A DNA stretch of 64,000 nt. Origin: a bacterium. GTDB taxonomy: Bacteria; Krumholzibacteriota; Krumholzibacteriia; LZORAL124-64-63. Made by a program: the position numbers and the translations under genes. The stretch is taken from positions 18,562 through 82,561 of the forward strand of contig JANOEP010000013.1 in the NCBI GenBank assembly GCA_031441465.1, read 5' to 3'. Positions within the stretch are counted from its first letter, which is position 1, and the number at the start of each line of letters is the position of its first letter. A model generated the notes under the pieces. That model made no database searches and was not told the DNA's origin. It saw nothing but the letters and a program-made list of their open reading frames with translations. Below are positions 29,205 to 36,370 of the stretch, piece by piece.

Positions 29205-29512
29205 CGGCGACCTCTTTTGCGGACGGGCGGCATGACCAGCCGTTCCAGGTCCTCGAGGGTCTGGGCCGCCGGCGGCTGCCAGAGTTGTTCCAACTCGTCG
29301 AGACGGCCCAGCGCGTGCGCGACCTTCAGCACCAGTTCCAGCGACGCCTTCCCGGTGGTCTCGAATCGTTTGAGGGACGCCGGGGTGACGCCTGCCCGCG
29401 CCGCCAGAGTCGCGCGGGTCCAGGCCCTATGAAGACGCAGGCTACGAAGGCGTTCAGACAGAAGTCCGCCCATTTCCGGAGCTGAGTACATCGAGAGGGG
29501 TGGTTCAGTCAT
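29201..29512 (-). CDS. XRE-family HTH antitoxin (HipB-like)
   Basis: LAARAGV...SLKRFETTG; ATGA overlap with hipA. Confidence 0.85.
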   Translation of the reverse strand: MTEPPLSMYSAPEMGGLLSERLRSLRLHRAWTRATLAARAGVTPASLKRFETTGKASLELVLKVAHALGRLDELEQLWQPPAAQTLEDLERLVMPPVRKRGRR

Positions 29513-29542
29513 GGGTTTACGATACCACGAAATTTAATATAG

Positions 29543-29597
29543 GTCAACATATTATCCGTAACAATAATATATAATAGAAACAGACAATATATTGCCC
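29543..29597. promoter_or_regulatory. two candidate operators upstream of the hipBA-like operon
   Basis: GTCAACATATTATCC (29543) and GACAATATATTGCCC (29583), 11/15 identical, quasi-palindromic. Confidence 0.5.
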
Positions 29598-29629
29598 ATA
29601 TTGGGTCGGTCCTGGTTTCCGACGAAAGC

Positions 29630-29690
29630 TGCGTATTCCGATTGAATTCGGCCACCCATGACCGGGTGAAATGGCCGGCAGCGACAGGTG
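29630..29690 (+). mobile_element. isolated IS21-family-like terminal repeat
   Basis: TGCGTATTCCGATTGAATTCGGCCACC.. resembles IS21 ends; no istA/istB present. Confidence 0.5.
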
Positions 29691-30358
29691 TCAAGCGACA
29701 CCCACCCTTACGCACTAAGGCGACATCCACATTTACGCACCTTCCCCCCGGTGAACTGACAGCGAGACATATGTTTGCCGGTCTACCTCCTTCCTACGAC
29801 GACATCCAGTGCTCCACTCACGCCTGCTGAGCGACCAGGCGTTCCAGATCCCGTAGCCGGTAACTGCGGCGCGAGATGAGCGGGCCGATGCAGACGGTGC
29901 TGGCCAGCGAGCTGCAGCACCTGGAGTACCTGGAGGCCAACTTCCGTTCCCTGGAGGCGGCGATCACCGAGGTCTCCTGCCAGGATCCCTGGCGCAAGCC
30001 GGTGGAGGCGCTGTGCTGCTTCCGCGGGATCAAGACGCTCACGGCGATGACCATCGTCAGCGGGATCGGGGACATCAAGCGCATCGGTTCGCGGCGGGTG
30101 CTGGTGGAAAGCGCGTGGCACGACAGCAAGCGAGCAGGATCGACGCTGCGGTTGCAACGGCGCCGCATGGGCCAGGATCCGACCATCGTCGGCATCGCGG
30201 TCAAGGCCCAGCACCGGATCGAGCGTCGCTACCATCATCTGGCGCGGACCAAGCACACCAACAAGGCGATCACGGCCGTCGCACGCGAGCTGTGCGGCTT
30301 CCTGTGGTCGGCGTTGCGGGAAGTCGAGGGCCGCTAGCGGTTGCGGCCGACAGGGCGT

Positions 30359-30520
30359 GAGGGAAGAGGCGGGCCAGGGGGAACCCTCGTCTCAAATATG
30401 CGACGGGCTCCGACCCGACTCGCGTTCTTAGAGTGAGGCAGCTCCGGACGGGCAGAATCTTGTGCGGTAACCAATCCGCGGATATCAGTCTGATCGACCG
30501 TCGACGAAGCCTCTTCCCTC
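30359..30520 (+). ncRNA. candidate IS110 bridge/seekRNA
   Basis: Closed by perfect 12-bp stem GAGGGAAGAGGC/GCCTCTTCCCTC; internal hairpins; ATATCA at 30482 matches the element end at 30596. Confidence 0.55.
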
Positions 30521-30530
30521 CGATCAGCAG

Positions 30531-30559
30531 AAAGGCCCCGGCCGTTGCCGGCCGGGGCC
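30531..30559 (-). terminator. terminator-like hairpin inside the IS110 end, facing the 1507-aa gene
   Basis: 11-bp stem GGCCCCGGCCG/CGGCCGGGGCC then TTT on the minus strand. Confidence 0.6.
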
Positions 30560-30598
30560 CAGGGACAGGCATGTTCTCAGTTGACTAGCCGCTCCATA

Positions 30599-33500
30599 TC
30601 ATTTCAAGAGGAGCATCTTGCGCGTGGACACGCCGTCCGTTCCCGAGAGCCGCGCGAAATAGGTGCCGCTGGCCACGCCGTTGCCGTCGTCGTCGCGGCC
30701 GTCCCACGTCGCCTCGTGCCGGCCGACCTCCAGTTCGGCCGCCAGCAGCCGGCGGACCGGCCGGCCGCGCACGTCGAACACCTCGAGCGTGACGCGGCCG
30801 TCGCGCGCGAGGTCGAAGGCGATCCGCGTGCTGGGGTTGAACGGGTTGGGCGTGATCTCCCGCACCGCCGTCACGGCGGGTGGGCCACCATCTCCCGGCA
30901 CCGGGGTGGTGCCCGGGTTGAAGGTCAGCTCGTACTGCCCCGCCTTGGCGACGTCGGCCGCGCCGACCTTCCAGATCGCGAGGCAGTAGTACCCGTCCTG
31001 CGGCACGATCGCGGGCAGGCTCTCGTCCTGGCCCGCGCCGGCGATCCAGCTCTGGGCGACGATGCCGGCCGAGGCCGACTTGGCGTGGTACGGCAGCTGG
31101 CCGCGGTGCAGGGTCAGGCCCCAGTCGACGCCGTCGCCGCCCGTGTCGCGCAGTTCGATCAACAGCGGTCCGGCCGGCAGCCAAACATCGTACAGCTTGA
31201 TCAGGTTCGTGGCGGCGAAATTGAAGGGGCCGTAGTCGCCCTGCGGATCTATGTCCAGCAACGACGACACCGCCGCGTGCACCCGGTAGCTCTCGACGCC
31301 GTCGAAGCCGAGCGCTCCGACGTCGAACTGCCGCGGCGTCGTGGCCCGGCAGTTCACGAGCACATATTCGGATTCGGCCGGACCCCAGACCGACACGGCA
31401 TGGGCCTCGCGGAAGCCATGCAGCGGCGAGTCGGTCTTCTCGTGCAGGCGCAGGTCGACGTCGCTGGCCGCGCCCGGGAGCGCCGCGACCGCCACCCACC
31501 ACCCGTTGTCGCCGGAGGGTGCCGGCACGGGAGAGCGCAGGCCGTCGCAGTTGTACCATGTCGGAGCCGAACTCCAGGCCATCACGTCGGTGAAGCCGCC
31601 CGTGGGGTCCGGCGGCGCCGTGCGGTTGATGACCGATCCGGCCGTCAGGTTCATCGGCGACCAGACGTACTGTGTGCCCATGGCGTTGTTGGTCTCGTCA
31701 CCCTCGATCACGTCGTCGCCTGCGTCGGGGAACATCGACAGGGTGTGCCGGCCGCCGCGGATGTTCTGGGCGGTCGGGAAGTTGCGGATGCGGTCGGTGA
31801 AGCCGGCCAGCATGGAGATCTGCTCGCCCAGCAGCGCCACCCCGTCCAGGTAGGTCATGCTGTCGAACGGCCCGGCCGTGCCCGCCTCCTGGTTGCGGAA
31901 CTGGGCGTTGATGTAGGTCACGGTCGCGTTGCCCACCAGCGTCCCCGGCAGCGGGGTCGAGGCCGGGGTGCCTGGCATGGGGTAGGTGGGCACCAGGGGC
32001 GCGTGCCAGCCGGCCGTTGTCAGCGGTACGAAGTCGGGCCTCCGCACGAACGCGCGCACCGTCACGCCGAAGTGTCCCGACCCTCCGGCCGGGATGTCCC
32101 GCGGATCCTGCCAGACGGCGAGGCCCTGCGTGGTGCCACCGTAGGTGAAGTTGACCTTCGCGAACCCGTCGGCGTCGGTGACGGCCTGGTCCCAGATGTC
32201 GCCGAGGCCCCCGTCGGCGAGGCCGGAGTGCATGACCTTCATGCGCACCGGTCCGACCGCCGGATCCACCTGCAGGGTGACCGTGCCGTAGTTGGTGCCC
32301 GAGCCGCCCGACATCGTGAAGTGGCGCATCGCCAGCGGCTCGATCGGGCTCAGCGGGAACCGCACGTCGCTGCCGGTCGGCATCAGGGTGCTGAACATCC
32401 GGCGGATCTTGAAGCCGTAGCCGTCGAAGTCGTGGTTGACGACCCCGACGTCGAAGACGGTCTGCGTCGTCTGGCTGTTGTTGACGAAGACGCCCTCGAT
32501 GCAGCCGGCCGGCCGGGCGCTGAACGCCTCGATGTCGAAGTAGCCGAACCCGGAGGTCGGCCCGGTCGTGTGCGCGTGCAGCCGCAGGTCGAAGTCCGAG
32601 GCGTCGTCGTCGGCGACCATGACCGCGCCGACGAACGGGTCGGAGTTCAGGCCGAAGGCGAAGCCGTCGCAGTTCGGCGCCGCGAACAAGCCCGGGTTGA
32701 AGCCGCCCCAGGCGTCGGGCGGGCGCGGCCGATCGACCCAGGTGCCGTTCGTGTAGAGGGTGAAGGGGTACCAGACGAACTGGCGCACGTAGATGTTGTC
32801 GGCCTCGTCGACCTCGGGCATCTGCTCGTAGGCGTCCGCCCACATCATGACTGCGTGGCGGCCGCCCTTGACCTCCGCGGGGCCGATGTTCATGTAGGGG
32901 CGGTCTTGGTAGCCGTCCAGCGTCAAGATGTTCATGTACCACCACAACGCGCCGTCCACCATCAGGTTCAGGCGCAGAGTGGGGCTGGTGGCCAGTTCGC
33001 CGGAGTTGCCGATGCGCACGTTCATGAAGGTGTCGCCGTTGCCGACCAGCACCGCCGGCAGCGGCGCGCTCGTGTAGGTCGCGTTGCCGGTGATGCGCGG
33101 CACGACCGGGTAGGGCCAGTAGCCGCCGTCGATGGCCTCGAGATTGGCCGCGGTCCAGGTGCGGATGGTCACCGGTCCGAACGAGGCGTGCGTGCCCGCG
33201 TTGACGGCGCGGTCGACGGCGCGGACGGTGAACCAGTAGGTCCCGGGTGCGAGGTCGTCCGAGGTCCACGCGGTCGCCGTGGTCTCGATGGTCACATCCG
33301 GGATCAGGCCGGCGGCGGTGCCGACGCGCACGCTGTAGCCGTTGACGCCGGAATCCTCGTCGTTGGCGGCGTTCCAGACCAGTACGACCGTGCCGTCGGG
33401 CGAGTCGCCGGAGGTGGCGTGGCTGAGCGAGGAGAGCCCGGACAGGGCCGAGGGCGCCTGCGTGTCGAGCCCGTTGAAGCGCGCGTTGGCGGCCGCCATC

Positions 33501-35122
33501 CAGATGACGTCCCGGGATTCGGGGTAGCGCGTCCGCAGACGGGCGATGAGCCCCGCCGGCGTGGTGGGGTCGTAGGCGGCCTGGGTGGACAGGATCCGCT
33601 CCGCCGACCAGGTCACGGCGTCGGCGCCGCCGGGCAGGGCGTTCGGGTCGGTTTCGTTGTTGTTGTCGACCAGGTCCTGCAGGAAGGCGGCGATATTGCC
33701 CTCGGTCTTCCAGGGGTCGTCGAATTCGTTGAGGTCGTTCCAGCCGCACTCGTCCACGGACTCCCAGTCGGACTCGAAGATCGCGGAGAAGCCGTAGGCC
33801 GACGGCCAGGACGCGGTGACCGCGTTGGAGATCCAGTCAGGGAAGCCTTCCCCCAGCGCGTCACCCGTGGTCTCCTCGCACCAGGGGCAGTGGCGGCACT
33901 CCCCGGCGGGATCGTCGCAGCGACCGCCCGAGTTGCAGTAATCGGACCCGTCGATATCGGTGAAGTCCTGCTGCCAGTGGTGGCCGTACTCGTGGCAGAT
34001 GGTACCCTCGTACCACTGTTTGAACTCGGGGATGTAGACCGTTTCCCAAACCGAATTGTAATGGGGCCAGTCGGAGTCGGGCCAGGAGATGAGCAGGCCG
34101 TCGATGCTGCCGTAGCCGTTCGCGTGCATCCAGCGCCAGGTGCGCGTGGCCGTGGCCAGCTGGTTCAAGCCCGCGTAGTGCGATTCGGACGCCGGGTGAC
34201 GCAGACCCCAGTTGATGTCGGTCCCGCTGTAGTCCTCCTTGGTCGGCGTGTTCCACCGGTAGGAGACGTTCCAGATGCTCGGGTAGACCAGGTCGACCTT
34301 GTTGTTGGCGGCGAGGAACTCCACGTAGATGTCCGGAGCTTCGGCGTCGTCGTACCAGAACGTCAGGTCGTAGGTGCCGTCGGGGCCCAGCGAGGTCTGC
34401 GCCAGCAGGTCGTCCCACTCCCAGTCGGAGTCGTAGACGTTCACCGTGACGCCGTCGGCGCCCATGGTGCGGCCGTCCCCCTCGTAGTTCCCGTCGATGT
34501 CGTGCGAGTTGCGGTAATAGACGAAGCGGCCACGGACGCGGATGCTGCGGCCGGTGGCGGGGTTCGCCGGCATGTCCTTGCGCATGTCCCGCACGTTCTT
34601 GCGCGTGATGGGCGCCGGGTCCGGGCGCGCGAACTCGTCGTCCGTCGTCCAGGTCGGGCCCTGGTCGCTGTCGAAAGTCATGATCGTCTCGGAGCCGCCC
34701 ATGGCCGCGTTCAGGTTCTGCGGCAGCAGGTAGAAGCGCTGCATCGCGGTGCGGCCCTCGACCTCCAGGGAGATCTCGATCGGCTGCGCCGGGTCGTTGC
34801 ACTGCAACTGCACCGGGATCGTCGTCGGCTGCATCGCGACCAGCCGGGTGCCAGCCGGCAGCGGAAAGCTGGCCACCTCCCAGGCGAACTGGCCCGCCGG
34901 CGTGCGGCCGGAGCGCACAGTGGGTGCCGTCACGGTGGAGGAGGTCGCGCTCGTGATCTCGAAATCGAAGCTGAACGTCTGCCCGGCCACCGGGTAGGCG
35001 CCGTCCGGCGCGTGCAGCACCATCTTCACTTCCGGTCCCATATCGGCGAAGGCCGGCGCCGCGAGAGCCAGCAGCAGCAGGAGGGTTGACGGGCTGCGTC
35101 GCCCCGATGTGATGATCCTCAT
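30599..35122 (-). CDS. large secreted multidomain zinc metallopeptidase with FN3/CARDB-like repeats and FlgD-Ig/CTD-like domain
   Basis: Signal peptide; CHEYGH..GEGF; GTYWFTVRAVD; E.DE.(D/N)N twice; PNPFNP..WDGRD..KMLLLK. Confidence 0.82.
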   Translation of the reverse strand: MRIITSGRRSPSTLLLLLALAAPAFADMGPEVKMVLHAPDGAYPVAGQTFSFDFEITSATSSTVTAPTVRSGRTPAGQFAWEVASFPLPAGTRLVAMQPTTIPVQLQCNDPAQPIEISLEVEGRTAMQRFYLLPQNLNAAMGGSETIMTFDSDQGPTWTTDDEFARPDPAPITRKNVRDMRKDMPANPATGRSIRVRGRFVYYRNSHDIDGNYEGDGRTMGADGVTVNVYDSDWEWDDLLAQTSLGPDGTYDLTFWYDDAEAPDIYVEFLAANNKVDLVYPSIWNVSYRWNTPTKEDYSGTDINWGLRHPASESHYAGLNQLATATRTWRWMHANGYGSIDGLLISWPDSDWPHYNSVWETVYIPEFKQWYEGTICHEYGHHWQQDFTDIDGSDYCNSGGRCDDPAGECRHCPWCEETTGDALGEGFPDWISNAVTASWPSAYGFSAIFESDWESVDECGWNDLNEFDDPWKTEGNIAAFLQDLVDNNNETDPNALPGGADAVTWSAERILSTQAAYDPTTPAGLIARLRTRYPESRDVIWMAAANARFNGLDTQAPSALSGLSSLSHATSGDSPDGTVVLVWNAANDEDSGVNGYSVRVGTAAGLIPDVTIETTATAWTSDDLAPGTYWFTVRAVDRAVNAGTHASFGPVTIRTWTAANLEAIDGGYWPYPVVPRITGNATYTSAPLPAVLVGNGDTFMNVRIGNSGELATSPTLRLNLMVDGALWWYMNILTLDGYQDRPYMNIGPAEVKGGRHAVMMWADAYEQMPEVDEADNIYVRQFVWYPFTLYTNGTWVDRPRPPDAWGGFNPGLFAAPNCDGFAFGLNSDPFVGAVMVADDDASDFDLRLHAHTTGPTSGFGYFDIEAFSARPAGCIEGVFVNNSQTTQTVFDVGVVNHDFDGYGFKIRRMFSTLMPTGSDVRFPLSPIEPLAMRHFTMSGGSGTNYGTVTLQVDPAVGPVRMKVMHSGLADGGLGDIWDQAVTDADGFAKVNFTYGGTTQGLAVWQDPRDIPAGGSGHFGVTVRAFVRRPDFVPLTTAGWHAPLVPTYPMPGTPASTPLPGTLVGNATVTYINAQFRNQEAGTAGPFDSMTYLDGVALLGEQISMLAGFTDRIRNFPTAQNIRGGRHTLSMFPDAGDDVIEGDETNNAMGTQYVWSPMNLTAGSVINRTAPPDPTGGFTDVMAWSSAPTWYNCDGLRSPVPAPSGDNGWWVAVAALPGAASDVDLRLHEKTDSPLHGFREAHAVSVWGPAESEYVLVNCRATTPRQFDVGALGFDGVESYRVHAAVSSLLDIDPQGDYGPFNFAATNLIKLYDVWLPAGPLLIELRDTGGDGVDWGLTLHRGQLPYHAKSASAGIVAQSWIAGAGQDESLPAIVPQDGYYCLAIWKVGAADVAKAGQYELTFNPGTTPVPGDGGPPAVTAVREITPNPFNPSTRIAFDLARDGRVTLEVFDVRGRPVRRLLAAELEVGRHEATWDGRDDDGNGVASGTYFARLSGTDGVSTRKMLLLK

Positions 35123-35133
35123 GACAGGTCCTC

Positions 35134-35589
35134 CTACTTGCTGGTGGCGGCGGGGACCGCCGGGGCGTCGAGGCCGGTGTCGGCGACCAGCCGCGCGCGG
35201 GCGGCCGTCAGGGATTGGTCGAGTTCGGCGATCGCGTCGGGTTCGTTCCGCTCGCGCGCCAGCCGCAACTGGAGGTTCAGCAGATCGATCTCGAGCTGCA
35301 GCTTGAGCGCCGCGATCTCGTGCTGCGCCGCCGTCGCCGCGGTGGCGTCGGTCGCAACCGCATAGGTGGCAGTGAGTTCGGCGAGCCGGGCCCGGAACCG
35401 GTCACGGATCCCCGCGACTTCCCTCCCCAGCGGCGTGGTCGGCATGGCCGGCGATGTGTCCGAATCGGGCGCGACCAGGACGCCGGCCGTGTCGGGCGGG
35501 GCTATCCCAGTCTGGGCGTACGTCGCGGTGCCGAATCCCATGACCGCGAGCAGCACTGCAGCGGTAACCCATTGTTTATAAAGGGACAT
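35134..35589 (-). CDS. secreted helical hypothetical protein
   Basis: AGGAGG RBS; signal peptide; 11 bp upstream of the 1507-aa gene. Confidence 0.7.
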   Translation of the reverse strand: MSLYKQWVTAAVLLAVMGFGTATYAQTGIAPPDTAGVLVAPDSDTSPAMPTTPLGREVAGIRDRFRARLAELTATYAVATDATAATAAQHEIAALKLQLEIDLLNLQLRLARERNEPDAIAELDQSLTAARARLVADTGLDAPAVPAATSK

Positions 35590-35758
35590 AACAATCCTCC
35601 TGCCATCTGGAGCCGTGAATCCGGCGGCCCACGGCGGTCGACCGGGGCGCCCTTGTTCACAGGGCATAACGGAGAAGTCCGGCCCATTGGGTCATGATTT
35701 CCGGCATATTTCGGACTAATTTTGTAGCTGATTTGGGATCGGTCGGTACCATGTCCTC

Positions 35759-36370
35759 ATGGCAGCCGCAGAAGCACTCCGGGACGAAGCCGCGCGGACG
35801 CACCACGTCACGCTGGCCCTGCACGCCGCCCGCGACGGCGACCCTGCGGCGTTGAACGAGGCTTTTCGGCTGGTCTACGAGGACGTGAGCGCGATCGCCC
35901 GACGGCGGGTGGCGCGCCACGGCGGTAACCGGACGCTCGACACCACGGCCGTGGTGCACGAGGCCTACCTCAAGATGGCGCGGCACGGCGAGATGGTCTG
36001 GCAGGACCGGCAACACTTCTTCGCGGTCGCCTCGGCCGCCATGCGCCAGGTCCTGCTGGACCACGCACGCCGCCGACAGAGCCTCAAGCGCGGCGCCGGC
36101 GCGGCTCACGTGCCGTACACCGAAGCGGACTCGGCCGTCGATTCCCAGACCCGCGACATCATCGCCCTCGACGCCGCGCTGACGCGGCTCGCCGCCCTGG
36201 ACGACCAGTTGGCCCGCATCGTCGAGCTGCGCTATTTCGGCGGCCTGACCATCGAGGAGACCGCGCAGGCGGTCGGCGTGAGCGACGCCACCGTCAAACG
36301 GGCCTGGCGACGGGCGCGCGCCTTCCTGCACCACGAACTGGCGGGCCCATCCTTGGGTGGCGAACCATGA
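35759..36370 (+). CDS. ECF sigma factor of the kinase-associated (Sigma70_ECF) type
   Basis: TLDTTAVVHEAYLK, MRQVLLDHAR, VELRYFGGLT.EE.A. Confidence 0.9.
   Translation: MAAAEALRDEAARTHHVTLALHAARDGDPAALNEAFRLVYEDVSAIARRRVARHGGNRTLDTTAVVHEAYLKMARHGEMVWQDRQHFFAVASAAMRQVLLDHARRRQSLKRGAGAAHVPYTEADSAVDSQTRDIIALDAALTRLAALDDQLARIVELRYFGGLTIEETAQAVGVSDATVKRAWRRARAFLHHELAGPSLGGEP

Larger units (their letters stand above)
29865..30601 (+). mobile_element. IS110-family relic: deleted transposase C-terminus plus non-coding right end
   Basis: RGIKTLTA, RRVLVESAWH, TAVARELCGFLW; end TTGACT..CCATATCA. Confidence 0.8.

Noticed and set aside
5428..30559. AAGGCCCCGG hairpins at 5428, 22592 and 30532 as a REP family
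   Set aside because: Loops and stems differ and each follows a gene end, so ordinary terminators explain them.
25954..31289. Diversity-generating retroelement template/variable repeat pair
   Set aside because: Differences are largely synonymous and not adenine-specific, the repeat is too long, and no reverse transcriptase is in the window.
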